Source: a virus (Duplodnaviria; Caudoviricetes). From it: DNA of 64,000 nt. This document shows positions 20,895 through 31,036 of this stretch, piece after piece. The translations under genes were made by a program, and so were the position numbers. The notes below the pieces were generated by a model. That model was given only the letters and a program-made list of their open reading frames with translations. It ran no database searches and was not told where the DNA came from. The DNA is taken from positions 1-64,000 of IMG/VR virus record IMGVR_UViG_3300021400_000949; one strand, given 5' to 3'. Position 1 is the stretch's first letter, and every line of letters begins with the position of its first letter.

Positions 20895-22728
20895 TATAAT
20901 TAGTTTAAGTGCAGGCCGCGCTTTTAGAGAAAAAATAGGTATGTATCTTTCTGCCGATAAACAAGAGGCAATTAACTTAGGTTTAAGAGAATTAATTGTA
21001 AATGTACAAGATGAATATGAAGTTTATAAGCCAGCCAATCCATTTTTAAAAATAACTCTTTCGACAAAGACAAGAGAAATTATAGTTAGCGATAATATGA
21101 GGGGTATACCAGTAGGAATAAGAGATGATGGACAAAATTCTTTGACTGCCGCCTTCTTAATACCACACTCTGGAGGAAAACATACGGAGGGGGTATATTC
21201 TAGCGCTGTTGGTATTAATGGAGAAGGAAATAAAATTGTTTGTCACACTGCAGAGTTTTTAATTGTATCTGTTAAACGTGATGGTAAAATTTATACTCAA
21301 CGTTTTGAATCTAACGAAGAGGGAGCAACTCCAACGACAGAAGTTATGGAGGTTCCTTATGATGGTAAAGATACCGGTACTACAATTGTTTATAAACCAG
21401 ATCCTCGTGTTTATGGAGATATTTTTATTGATATTGAAAGTTTAAGGTCAATGTTAAAAGAAATGTCAATGTTTTCTACTGGGTTACATATTTATTTATA
21501 TATAGATGGGGAAAAAGAAGAATTTTTTTCAAAGAGTGGACTAATTGATGGTCTTTTAAAGGAAAATCGTCTTTCAAAGCCATTTTCTTATAGTTATGAA
21601 ACAAATGATTGTAAAGTTGAATTGGCTCTCCAATGGGTAAGTAAAAAAGGACAAATTCGTGGTTATGCAAATAATTTATATATGCCAGATGGAGGAGCCT
21701 TTATTAGTGGTTTCAAATCTTCATTAACAAGAACCTTTAATTCTCTTGCTAAAACAAAATATGATGGAGATACAATTCGAGATGTGCTTGATGGATTCGT
21801 AAGCGTTAAAGTTAAAATGGGGCAATTTACAAATCAGCAGAAAACAGCTTTAGCAAACCCCGAAGCACGAACTGCAACTTCTACTGCGATAAGTGATTGT
21901 TTAAAAGAATTTGCTTTAAAAAGAAAAGATGATTTTAATCAAGTAGTTGAATTACTTAACAAAGTGGCTCGCGCCGAAGCTGCGGCAGAAAAAGCACGTC
22001 AGCAAGTAATGAGCGCCACAAAAGAAGTTGAGAAAAATCAAAAGAAAAAAGTTTTTGCATCTGATAAACTTAAGGATGCAGAATTTCTTGGACAAAATTC
22101 AACCTTACTTTTAGTTGAGGGTAATAGTGCGGCTTCATCAATAGCAATGGCAAGAGATGAGAAGAGTTATGGAATTTTAGCACTTAGAGGAAAAATGATT
22201 AATACCTTTTCTAATGATGATGAAAAGATTTATCAAAATGAAGAAATTAAATTATTCCTCAGTGCTATGAATATAATACCGGGCAAATATAATGCTTCAA
22301 AATTGCGTTATGGAAAGATAGGTATATGTACCGATGCTGACGCAGATGGATATGCAATTGGTCTTTTGATAATGTGTGCTGTATATAAGTTTGCTCCCGA
22401 ATTTATTGAAGAAGGTCGTCTTTATTGGTTAAGGTCTCCACTTTATATTGTTAAGAATAAAAAAGAAGAATCTTATTACTTTACAGATGAAGAATTTGAA
22501 AAAGTTAGAAAAAATATAAAGGGAGAAGTTGAACGTGCAAAAGGACTCGGCGCGCTCTCGGCAGAACAAGCGCACAGGTCAATGTTTATGCCTGAATTCC
22601 AGCGTATGGACCAACTTTTGCCGGATAAAGACACAATTGATTTACTTTGGGACTTGATGGGTAAAGATAGTGAACCAAAACGTGACTTTATATTTAAACA
22701 CGTCGATTTCTCGGAGATAAGAGAATAA
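20875..22728 (+). CDS. gyrB: Type IIA topoisomerase (gyrase) subunit B
   Basis: GHKL ATPase (ELIVN..DE, DNMRGIP, HSGGK), FTNQQK, TOPRIM EGNSA/ALRGK/TDADADG, KGLG. Confidence 0.92.
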   Translation: MNYTANDIISLSAGRAFREKIGMYLSADKQEAINLGLRELIVNVQDEYEVYKPANPFLKITLSTKTREIIVSDNMRGIPVGIRDDGQNSLTAAFLIPHSGGKHTEGVYSSAVGINGEGNKIVCHTAEFLIVSVKRDGKIYTQRFESNEEGATPTTEVMEVPYDGKDTGTTIVYKPDPRVYGDIFIDIESLRSMLKEMSMFSTGLHIYLYIDGEKEEFFSKSGLIDGLLKENRLSKPFSYSYETNDCKVELALQWVSKKGQIRGYANNLYMPDGGAFISGFKSSLTRTFNSLAKTKYDGDTIRDVLDGFVSVKVKMGQFTNQQKTALANPEARTATSTAISDCLKEFALKRKDDFNQVVELLNKVARAEAAAEKARQQVMSATKEVEKNQKKKVFASDKLKDAEFLGQNSTLLLVEGNSAASSIAMARDEKSYGILALRGKMINTFSNDDEKIYQNEEIKLFLSAMNIIPGKYNASKLRYGKIGICTDADADGYAIGLLIMCAVYKFAPEFIEEGRLYWLRSPLYIVKNKKEESYYFTDEEFEKVRKNIKGEVERAKGLGALSAEQAHRSMFMPEFQRMDQLLPDKDTIDLLWDLMGKDSEPKRDFIFKHVDFSEIRE

Positions 22729-22732
22729 AAAG

Positions 22733-22761
22733 TTGAACTTATTATAAAATTCTGATATAAT
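22733..22761 (+). promoter_or_regulatory. sigmaA-type promoter
   Basis: TTGAAC-17 bp-TATAAT upstream of gyrA. Confidence 0.6.
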
Positions 22762-22800
22762 TATAATATAAAGATAGAAAGGAGAAAATAAAGGCAATAA

Positions 22801-25143
22801 ATGAGTAACTTAACACAAGTAATAAATGATAGCTTTATCCAATTTAGTGGTGCGGTTCTACAGAGCCGCGCCCTAGTCGATGTGCGTGATTGTATTAAGC
22901 CTTCTGCTCGTCAAATTTTTTACTGTATGTATACAGATAAATTTGTCCATTCTAAGCCTTTTCAAAAGACATTAAAAGCTATTGGTTCAGCTTTTCGTCT
23001 TTACATTCATGGAGATTCATCTGCTGAAGGAGTAATTATGAGGTCTGCGCAACCATTTGCAATGCGTTATCCACTTGTGGAAGTTGAAGGTTCCTATGGA
23101 ACTCTTTTGGCTTCTGGAAGTTGGGCGGCACCTCGTTATACAAGTTCAAGATTATCTCCTTTGGCTGAATATTTATTTGCAGATTTAAAAAAGGATACAA
23201 TTAGTGAGTGGCGTGATAACTATGATAATACTGAACAGTACCCCGCCGTATTACCATCAAAGGGTTTTTATAACCTGGTAAATGGAACCTATGGAATAGG
23301 TGTTGGCGCGAGCTCTTCAATTCCGCAGTACAACTTAAAAGAGTTAAATAAAGCATTAGAAGTTTTATTGTTAAATCCTGATGCTGAATTTGATGATATT
23401 TATGTAGCTCCTGATTTTGCGACCGGCGCAACCATTATAAATGGTGAGCAAGTTAAAGAGTCACATAAAAATGGTACGGGTTTTGCTTGTAAGATTAGAT
23501 CCTCTGTTGAGTGGGATGCAAAGGATAGATGCTTTATCGTAACTGAAATCCCCTATATGCTTTATACAGAAACTATTTGTAGAGAGCTTGAAGAGATAAT
23601 TAATAGTGAAAATAATTTTGGAATTGATAGATTTAATGATTTAACTGGTAAAACACCGTTAATTAAAATCTATCTACAGAAAAACGCTAATCCAGATAAA
23701 GTACTTAAGCAGTTATTTAGTAAAACTTCTCTTGAATCTTATTATGGAATTAACTTCACAATGTTGGACAATGGGCGCTTTCCAAGAGTGTTTACATGGA
23801 AAGAAATGCTACAAGCACACATTGACCATGAAAAGATCGTATATAGACGTGGATTTGAATATGACCTTAAAAAGATAGAGGATAGGCTGCACATTATAGA
23901 AGGTCTGCTAAAGGCTTATGATGTAATTGATGAAGTTGTTCAGACAATAAAACGCGCGGCTTCATCTGTTGAAGCAAATAAGGCATTAAGAGAGCTTTTA
24001 AGTATTGATGATGTACAGGCAAAAGCCATTCTTGCTTTAAAGTTATCTAGTCTTAGTAAAATAGATATAAATAAATTAGTAAATGAGCAGAATGAACTTA
24101 TAGGGCGCGCTTCGGAAATTCATAAGATTTTAGAAGATAAGGATTTGTTTAATGAACAGATAATACGTGGATGGCGCGAAGTTGCAGAAAAATTTGGTGA
24201 CGAACGCCGCACAAAAATTTTAAATCTTGGTGGTGAAGAAGAAGAGCCAACAGAGATAAAAAAACTTCAAATATCTTTAACAAATCTAGGAAATCTTTAT
24301 GCGGTTGAATCTTCAACTCTTTATACACAAAAGAGAGGTGGAGTTGGTACAAAGGCTAAGCTCGCGCAGAATGAGTATGTCGTAAATAGTATTAGTGTTA
24401 ATTCAAATGACAAGATCTTATTCTTTATGACAACCGGTAATTATTACCATTGTAAAGCATCTGATATAACACTTGAGACAAAAACTCCGGTCTGTACTTT
24501 AATAGGATTAAAAGACTGGGAAGCAACGCGCGCAATAATAGGATTAAATAAAGAAAATACTAAGGAATATGTTATCTTTATAACACGAAAAGGAATTATC
24601 AAAAAATCTCTTCTTTCAGAATATAACACAAATCGTGCAATCGGAATGCGAGCTTTAGCACTTGATGATGGTGATGAATTAGTTGATGTGTTATTTGCTA
24701 ATGAAGAAAAAATAGGTATAATGACCGAAGATGGTAACTTCTTAATAACAGAAACAAAAGATATTCGTCCAATAGGACGTGTTGCACGTGGAATAAAAGT
24801 AATAAAACTTAACGAAGGAGACGTTGTAGCGGCTGCGCGCCTTATATATCCGAATGCAAAAGAAATTATTTCTGTAAGTGGAAATGGATATATAAAATCA
24901 ACTGATATAAAAGAATTTTCAATACAAGGTAAAAATACAAAAGGAAGTCGCATTCAAAAACTTTATGATAGTGATTGGATGTCAGATTTCTTACCGGTAG
25001 ATGACTTAAAAGAAATACTGGTAAGCGCCACTAAATCTTGTATAAAATTCAAAAAGGATGAAATACCTATTGTGTCAAAAGGCGCATACGGTACACGCTC
25101 TATAAAAATTTCAGAAAAAGATAATATAATTGCTTTAAATTAA
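22801..25143 (+). CDS. gyrA: Type IIA topoisomerase (gyrase) subunit A
   Basis: DCIKPSARQ, HGDSS, AAPRYT (catalytic Tyr), GIGVG..SSIP, C-terminal pinwheel repeats with the GyrA-box-like QKRGGVG. Confidence 0.93.
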   Translation: MSNLTQVINDSFIQFSGAVLQSRALVDVRDCIKPSARQIFYCMYTDKFVHSKPFQKTLKAIGSAFRLYIHGDSSAEGVIMRSAQPFAMRYPLVEVEGSYGTLLASGSWAAPRYTSSRLSPLAEYLFADLKKDTISEWRDNYDNTEQYPAVLPSKGFYNLVNGTYGIGVGASSSIPQYNLKELNKALEVLLLNPDAEFDDIYVAPDFATGATIINGEQVKESHKNGTGFACKIRSSVEWDAKDRCFIVTEIPYMLYTETICRELEEIINSENNFGIDRFNDLTGKTPLIKIYLQKNANPDKVLKQLFSKTSLESYYGINFTMLDNGRFPRVFTWKEMLQAHIDHEKIVYRRGFEYDLKKIEDRLHIIEGLLKAYDVIDEVVQTIKRAASSVEANKALRELLSIDDVQAKAILALKLSSLSKIDINKLVNEQNELIGRASEIHKILEDKDLFNEQIIRGWREVAEKFGDERRTKILNLGGEEEEPTEIKKLQISLTNLGNLYAVESSTLYTQKRGGVGTKAKLAQNEYVVNSISVNSNDKILFFMTTGNYYHCKASDITLETKTPVCTLIGLKDWEATRAIIGLNKENTKEYVIFITRKGIIKKSLLSEYNTNRAIGMRALALDDGDELVDVLFANEEKIGIMTEDGNFLITETKDIRPIGRVARGIKVIKLNEGDVVAAARLIYPNAKEIISVSGNGYIKSTDIKEFSIQGKNTKGSRIQKLYDSDWMSDFLPVDDLKEILVSATKSCIKFKKDEIPIVSKGAYGTRSIKISEKDNIIALN

Positions 25144-25163
25144 AATTTTTAAGAAGTTAAATT

Positions 25164-25192
25164 TTGACTTTTACTTAAAAATTTTATATAAT
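25164..25192 (+). promoter_or_regulatory. sigmaA-type promoter
   Basis: TTGACT-17 bp-TATAAT. Confidence 0.8.
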
Positions 25193-25289
25193 ATATATAG
25201 AAGTTAAGGGAAAACACCTTAAAGTGCCATTAACCGAAAAAATAAGATAATGGCAAGAAAAAAAATTAAATTTATAGGAGAACAAAATT

Positions 25290-25538
25290 ATGAAGCTGAC
25301 AGAAAAGTCAAATGAAGTATTCGAGTATGTAAAGGGTAATGGCGGACACGTAAGTGTTGAAGAGATTTGCGCAGCAACAGGTAGAGCTGCTAGGTCAATA
25401 AGCGCAAACATCAATGACCTCGTTAAGAAGGGCCTTGCTGAAAGAGAGAAGATAGAGGTTGAGGGAGAAGAGAAGCCTATTACTTATGTTAATCTGACAG
25501 AAGAGGGAAAGACTTTTGTTCCTTCTGATGAGGACTAA
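25290..25538 (+). CDS. Small winged-helix DNA-binding protein
   Basis: 82 aa; VEEICAATGRAARSISANINDLVKKGL...YVNLTEEGK MarR-like wHTH pattern. Confidence 0.75.
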   Translation: MKLTEKSNEVFEYVKGNGGHVSVEEICAATGRAARSISANINDLVKKGLAEREKIEVEGEEKPITYVNLTEEGKTFVPSDED

Positions 25539-25619
25539 TTTTAAGTTTAACGAACTTAGTACGATAAGTACTAAGTTCGAATTTTAAAAGAACCAAGATA
25601 TAGAAAGAGAGGTATTTAA

Positions 25620-26543
25620 ATGAGACAGGCAGAAAATAGAGTTAGGATCGAAGGAATTTTATCAGAAACAGATATTAATTATGGTTCTTTTCAGAGAAAT
25701 GGACAGACTATTGAGTGTATAAGAGGTACAATTAAAGTCCTCGTAACACAGACAATAAATGGAGTTGTTATTGAGAACGAGATACCAGTTCATCTTTTTG
25801 CAAATAAGTTTACAAATCAGGGTAAACCAAACCCAGCTTATGATTCTATCGAAAAGATAAAGAATGATTTCGTTTCAATCGCCGCAGCAGGTGGAGAAAC
25901 TGGAGCAGACAGAGTAAGAATTACTTCTGGAAGAATTCAGATGAACGAATATTATAATGCAGATAAGAAGCTCGTATCTTTCCCAAGAATTTCAACTTCT
26001 TTTGTTACAAAGATAAGAAAAGATGAGTGTAAGCCAGAAGCTACTTTTTCAGTAGAAATGGTTATTGCAAATCAGGGATATGAGCTTGATGCTGATGGTG
26101 TAATAAAAGAACCTAAGAGATACCATATAAAGGGAATTATACCTGGATATGGTGATAGAGTTGATGTAGTTGACTTTGTATGTTCAAATGAAAATGTTGT
26201 AAATGCAGTTTCAAGTTATTGGAACGATAATGATACTGTTAAGGCTAATGGTAGACTTAACTTTAGTTCAACAACAGAAGTAGTTAAGGAAGAGGTTGAC
26301 TTTGGTGAGCCAATAGAAAGACAGCGTACAATTTCTGTAAGTGATCTTGTTATAACAGGTGGTTCACAGATGCCGCTCGAAGGAGAATTTGCATATAATC
26401 TGTCTGAAATTCAGTCAGCTCTTTCTGAAAGAAAGGCAAGACTTGAAGCACAGAAAGATAGTGATATTGCTAAGGCTAGACAGAGAATGGCACCGGCTCC
26501 AGCAAACGAAAGCTCAAAAGGTATGTTGGACCTCGGATTCTAA
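25620..26543 (+). CDS. Putative single-stranded DNA-binding protein (tandem OB-like folds)
   Basis: Beta-rich 307 aa, acidic/aromatic tail DLGF, next to a Sak4-like ATPase. Confidence 0.6.
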   Translation: MRQAENRVRIEGILSETDINYGSFQRNGQTIECIRGTIKVLVTQTINGVVIENEIPVHLFANKFTNQGKPNPAYDSIEKIKNDFVSIAAAGGETGADRVRITSGRIQMNEYYNADKKLVSFPRISTSFVTKIRKDECKPEATFSVEMVIANQGYELDADGVIKEPKRYHIKGIIPGYGDRVDVVDFVCSNENVVNAVSSYWNDNDTVKANGRLNFSSTTEVVKEEVDFGEPIERQRTISVSDLVITGGSQMPLEGEFAYNLSEIQSALSERKARLEAQKDSDIAKARQRMAPAPANESSKGMLDLGF

Positions 26544-26555
26544 GGAGGTTAACAT

Positions 26556-27518
26556 ATGCCTATAGATATCTTAAGTATTAAACCTAGTGTTATTTCTAGA
26601 GACTTAAGAGGCAAATATGTTCTTTTATATGGTAAAGCTAAAAGTGGAAAGACAACAGCAGCTTGTTCTTTCCCAAAAGCTTTACTGTGTGCATTTGAAC
26701 GTGGTTATAATGCAATAGGCGGTGTAATGGCGCAGGACATAGTTCGTTGGTCGGACTTTAAATTAGTTCTTCGCCAATTAGAAAAGCCAGAAGCACGTGA
26801 GATGTTCGAAACAATAATAATAGACACTGTCTCTATTGCATGGGACCTTTGCGAGCAGTTTATCTGCGCGCAGAATGGTGTTCAAAAAATTGCTGATATT
26901 CCTTGGGGACAAGGATATAGTGCTTGCAAAAAAGAATTTGAATCAAGTCTTAGAAAAATAACCCAGTTGGGATATGGTGTAGTATTAATTTGCCATAATG
27001 CTACTCGTATTGAGAAGACTGCAGATGGTAGTGAGTTAGAGGTTATTTCTCCAGAATTACCAAAGCGCGCCGCAGAAATCTGTAATGGAATTGTTGATAT
27101 TATCGGCTATATTGGAAACGAATATAAGGATGGCGAAAATATGCGCTATCTTTATACGAGAGAAACACCTACATTATTTGCGGGTTCTCGTTTTAAATAT
27201 TTGGCCCCAAAGATTCCTTTTGGATATAATGAACTTGTTCAGGCTATATCAGAAGCTATTGATAAAGCTGAGAAAATGGACGGCGTAAAAGTGGTTGACC
27301 ATATGAGTGAAAAGGTCGAGGAAAAGAGGTCTTTTGAATCAGTTCAGGCTGAAGCAAAAGCTTTATGGGAAGAATTAGTTAAAAAAGACCCCGAAAATGC
27401 TAAAAAGATTATGAAAAAAGTCGAAATGGTATTTGGTAGACCTATTAAACTTTCAGAGATTATGGAAGACCAGCAGGATTTATTTGAATTAGTAGTTGCT
27501 GACATGAAGACTCTTTAA
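26556..27518 (+). CDS. AAA_24 / Sak4-like recombination ATPase
   Basis: LYGKAKSGKTT Walker A, IIIDTVS Walker B, LICH, VDIIGY. Confidence 0.8.
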   Translation: MPIDILSIKPSVISRDLRGKYVLLYGKAKSGKTTAACSFPKALLCAFERGYNAIGGVMAQDIVRWSDFKLVLRQLEKPEAREMFETIIIDTVSIAWDLCEQFICAQNGVQKIADIPWGQGYSACKKEFESSLRKITQLGYGVVLICHNATRIEKTADGSELEVISPELPKRAAEICNGIVDIIGYIGNEYKDGENMRYLYTRETPTLFAGSRFKYLAPKIPFGYNELVQAISEAIDKAEKMDGVKVVDHMSEKVEEKRSFESVQAEAKALWEELVKKDPENAKKIMKKVEMVFGRPIKLSEIMEDQQDLFELVVADMKTL

Positions 27519-27533
27519 TTAATAATAAACTAT

Positions 27534-27563
27534 GAGCAGATATTGTATATATCTGCTCTTTTT
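27534..27563 (+). terminator. Intrinsic terminator
   Basis: GAGCAGATAT/ATATCTGCTC stem plus T5. Confidence 0.75.
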
Positions 27564-27567
27564 AAAT

Positions 27568-27596
27568 TTGCAAATTTTAAGAAATTGTGATATAAT
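27568..27596 (+). promoter_or_regulatory. sigmaA-type promoter
   Basis: TTGCAA-17 bp-TATAAT. Confidence 0.7.
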
Positions 27597-27627
27597 ATTC
27601 TTAGAAGAAAGAAAGAGAGGTAAAATT

Positions 27628-28215
27628 ATGAAGTGTCCTTATTGTGGCCTTGAAATACAAAAAACAGAAAAAAATGTTATTAAAAATGAAATTCAGGGTT
27701 TGGGTACTCGTAGTTATTATCATATTAAATGTCATGAATTGGCAAAAACTACACCTAAAAATGAATGGCCAGAGAAGAAAAAACAAGCAAAAGATAAAGC
27801 TGGAGAAATACAATTATGGGCAGAAATTATATATGATTATCTTTTAAGGTATCAAAGGATTTCTCCCGATTTTATGTTAATAAAAAGACAGCTAGATAGT
27901 TTTGTTAATGGGAAATATGGTTATAAATATAAAGGGGTTTATCTTTCTGTTAAGTATTTTTATGAGATAAGAAATAAATCTAATAATGAAGATAAATCAA
28001 ATGGCGGCATTGGTATTGTTCCTTATGTTTATGAAGAAGCTAAATATTATTGGGAAGATAAAGCAAGAAAAGATGATAAATTAGTTAATGATATAGAAAA
28101 ACAAATTAATGAGTTAAGAAATAAAGAAATTAAAAGAGTTCCTTATGCTCAAAAGAAAAAGGAAACAAAAAAGAATTTATCATTATCAGATGTTTTAGGA
28201 ATGGGGGATGAGTGA
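27628..28215 (+). CDS. Zn-finger protein upstream of the helicase (possible loader/initiator)
   Basis: MKCPYCG...YYHIKC; start after an RBS at 27628; translationally coupled to DnaB. Confidence 0.65.
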   Translation: MKCPYCGLEIQKTEKNVIKNEIQGLGTRSYYHIKCHELAKTTPKNEWPEKKKQAKDKAGEIQLWAEIIYDYLLRYQRISPDFMLIKRQLDSFVNGKYGYKYKGVYLSVKYFYEIRNKSNNEDKSNGGIGIVPYVYEEAKYYWEDKARKDDKLVNDIEKQINELRNKEIKRVPYAQKKKETKKNLSLSDVLGMGDE

Positions 28216-29771
28216 TGTTATCAGATAAAAGTACAATACGTCAAATATTGGGCGGCCTTATGAAGCATCCTCAGTATTTAGACCAATCAGATAAGTATAA
28301 TATAAGTGTTTCTGACTTTTCTAATAGATTTGAAAAGATTATATTTACAGCTATATATAATTTAAATAAAAATGGCTTAAAAAATATTCAGATTATTGAT
28401 ATTGAAAATTTTTTGGAAAGTGATAATTTAGCAAAAGATATTTTTGAGAAAAATAACGGAATTGAATTTTTACAAGATCTTGAAGATTTTGTTGAAGAAA
28501 GTAATTTTGATTATTATTATAATAAATTAAAGAAAATAAACTTATTGCGCGATTATCAAAAAATGGGGATTAATATAGATGAATTCTATTGTGAAGACCT
28601 AACCGCGCCAAAAGCATTTGAAATTAATCAAGAGTTTGAAATATTAAGTGTCTCTGATATAACAGATAGAATTAAAAAGAAATTTTTATTAATTGAAAAT
28701 AAATATTTAAAAAATGATGTAACTGAAGTAGAGAGCGCCGCCGAAGGATTGGATGAGTTAATACAAAGTTTTTATGAACGAAGTGATGTAGGTTTACCGA
28801 TCCAAGGTATTTATACAAACGAAATATTAAATGGCGCAAGAAAAGGTACTTTATGTATTAGGTCCGCGGGAAGTGGTACAGGAAAAACAAGGCAAGCTGT
28901 AGGTGATGCATGTTATTTAGCTTTTCCTTTAAGGTATAATAGTAAAACTGAATCTTGGGAAAAGATTGGAAATAGTGAGAAGGTTTTATTTATCGCAACA
29001 GAGCAAGATTTTAATGAAATTAGAAAAATGATATTAGCATATTTAACTGATATAAATGAAAGTAGATTTAGATATGGTGATTTTTCTAAAAGAGAAGAAA
29101 AAATTATTAATCAAGCTATTCAAGTAATGAGAGAATATGAAGATAATTTTTTTATTGTGAGAATGCCGAACCCGACAATAGATTTAGTTAAAAATATTAT
29201 ACGAGAGAATTGTCTAACAAAAAATATAAGTTATGTATTTTATGACTATATATTTATAGGGCCATCATTGTTAAATGAGTTTAAAGGTTTTAATTTAAGA
29301 AACGATGAAGTTTTATTGATGTTTGCGACAGCTTTAAAGGATTTAAGTGTTGAGTTAAATATATTTATAATGACTTCAACTCAGGTCAATGCAAATGCAG
29401 ATGATAATAGAAATATAAGAAATGAAGCGAGTCTTGCAGGAGGGCGCGCGACCATAAATAAAGCTGATTATGGTTTAATAATGGCAAGACCAACAAAAGA
29501 AGAATTAGAAGCGATTGAAAAATTGTGTGAAAAATACGGCGCGCCGAATATTGTAACAGATGTATTTAAAGTAAGAAGTGGACAATGGACACAAGTAAGA
29601 ATTTGGTCTATTGTAGATTTAGGAACTTTAAAGAAAAAGGATATATTTATAACAAATTCTAGATTAGAAGCATTAGATGACTTTACAGCTGATTTTAATT
29701 ATATAATTCAAGATTTGTTACCGGAAGAAGAAGATAGAGTTAATAATATTATAGAAAGGATAACAAAATGA
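28212..29771 (+). CDS. dnaB: DnaB-like replicative helicase
   Basis: AGSGTGKT, FIATEQ, VFYDYI, LKDLSVELN...TSTQVN, KADYG. Confidence 0.88.
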   Translation: MMLSDKSTIRQILGGLMKHPQYLDQSDKYNISVSDFSNRFEKIIFTAIYNLNKNGLKNIQIIDIENFLESDNLAKDIFEKNNGIEFLQDLEDFVEESNFDYYYNKLKKINLLRDYQKMGINIDEFYCEDLTAPKAFEINQEFEILSVSDITDRIKKKFLLIENKYLKNDVTEVESAAEGLDELIQSFYERSDVGLPIQGIYTNEILNGARKGTLCIRSAGSGTGKTRQAVGDACYLAFPLRYNSKTESWEKIGNSEKVLFIATEQDFNEIRKMILAYLTDINESRFRYGDFSKREEKIINQAIQVMREYEDNFFIVRMPNPTIDLVKNIIRENCLTKNISYVFYDYIFIGPSLLNEFKGFNLRNDEVLLMFATALKDLSVELNIFIMTSTQVNANADDNRNIRNEASLAGGRATINKADYGLIMARPTKEELEAIEKLCEKYGAPNIVTDVFKVRSGQWTQVRIWSIVDLGTLKKKDIFITNSRLEALDDFTADFNYIIQDLLPEEEDRVNNIIERITK

Positions 29772-29980
29772 CAAGAGAAGAAATTTTAGGAATTAAAGAA
29801 GTATTTAAAGAAGGAATGGGAGTTTATCTTTATGAGATGCAAGGTGAGCCAAATATGTTTGACTTAAAAGGTGAAGTTTTATATGTTGATGATATAGGAC
29901 AAGTTCATGTTAGATGGGAAAATGGTAGTAGCCTCGCGTTAAATGTAAATTGTGATAGTTATAAATTACTAGAAAGGTAA
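29768..29980 (+). CDS. DUF4314-like protein
   Basis: GEVLYVDDIGQVHVRWENGSSLAL pattern. Confidence 0.7.
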   Translation: MTREEILGIKEVFKEGMGVYLYEMQGEPNMFDLKGEVLYVDDIGQVHVRWENGSSLALNVNCDSYKLLER

Positions 29981-29983
29981 TCC

Positions 29984-31036
29984 ATGGATTATAAAGAGAT
30001 TATTGATAATTTAAAAATTGAATCGGTAATCGAATTAATGAAAAAACTCGGCGCGGATCGATATATAGAAAAAGAAACTCATATAATTTTTCCAACAATT
30101 TGTCATAATACTGATGCGGCAACTGCATCAATGAAACTTTATTTTTATAAAGATACAAAGATGTTTGTTTGTTATACAGAAGATAGTAATATGTCTATAT
30201 TTAAATTTTTAAAGACTTATTATGAAACAAGACAAATTGAGTACGACTGGTTTGAAGATATATATAATGTTGTGTTAGATTGCGCAAATTTAACAAAAAC
30301 AGAAGGCTTTGAACCTGCGCGATATGATTCTTTAAAAGAAAGGTATAAAAAGAAAAGACAAACTCCTGGTCTTCCAAACTATCCAAAGAATATTTTAGAT
30401 ATATTTACCAAGTATTATCCTGTTGAATGGTTAAATGATGGTATATCTAAAAAAGCTATGGATAAATATAATATTCGTTTTTCTATAAGTCAAAATAAAA
30501 TCATAATTCCGCATTATGATGTTGAAAATAATTTAGTAGGAATTCGAGGCCGCGCCCTTAATCAATGGGAAGTTGAAAATGTCGGTAAATATATGCCGGT
30601 TCAAGTAGAAGGTAAATGGTATAAGCATCCATTAAGTTTAAATCTTTTTGGATTAAATCAAAATAAAGAAAATATTAAAAAATATGGAGTTTGCTACGTT
30701 GGAGAGGCAGAAAAGTTTTGTCTACAATGTGAAAGCTTTAATATGGCTAATGTTTCTGTTGGGGTATGCGGCAGCCAGTTTAATAAATACCAATTAAATC
30801 TATTATTAAAATATTGTAACCCAAGAGAAATAATTATATGTTTTGATAAAGAAGAAAAAGAAGGAGAACACAAATATTTCGATAAATTATATGGTATTTG
30901 TGAAAAGTATAAAAATTACTGCAACTTTTCTTTTATCTATGATACAAAAAATTTATTAAGGTTAAAAGATTCACCTACCGATAGAGGTGAAGAAATCTTT
31001 AAAGAATTGTTAAGAGAGAGAGTAATAGTTAGATGA
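29984..31036 (+). CDS. dnaG: DNA primase (DnaG-like, TOPRIM)
   Basis: IIIPH...GIRGR, LFGL, VGEAEK, ICFDKE; lies between DnaB and RecJ. Confidence 0.8.
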   Translation: MDYKEIIDNLKIESVIELMKKLGADRYIEKETHIIFPTICHNTDAATASMKLYFYKDTKMFVCYTEDSNMSIFKFLKTYYETRQIEYDWFEDIYNVVLDCANLTKTEGFEPARYDSLKERYKKKRQTPGLPNYPKNILDIFTKYYPVEWLNDGISKKAMDKYNIRFSISQNKIIIPHYDVENNLVGIRGRALNQWEVENVGKYMPVQVEGKWYKHPLSLNLFGLNQNKENIKKYGVCYVGEAEKFCLQCESFNMANVSVGVCGSQFNKYQLNLLLKYCNPREIIICFDKEEKEGEHKYFDKLYGICEKYKNYCNFSFIYDTKNLLRLKDSPTDRGEEIFKELLRERVIVR

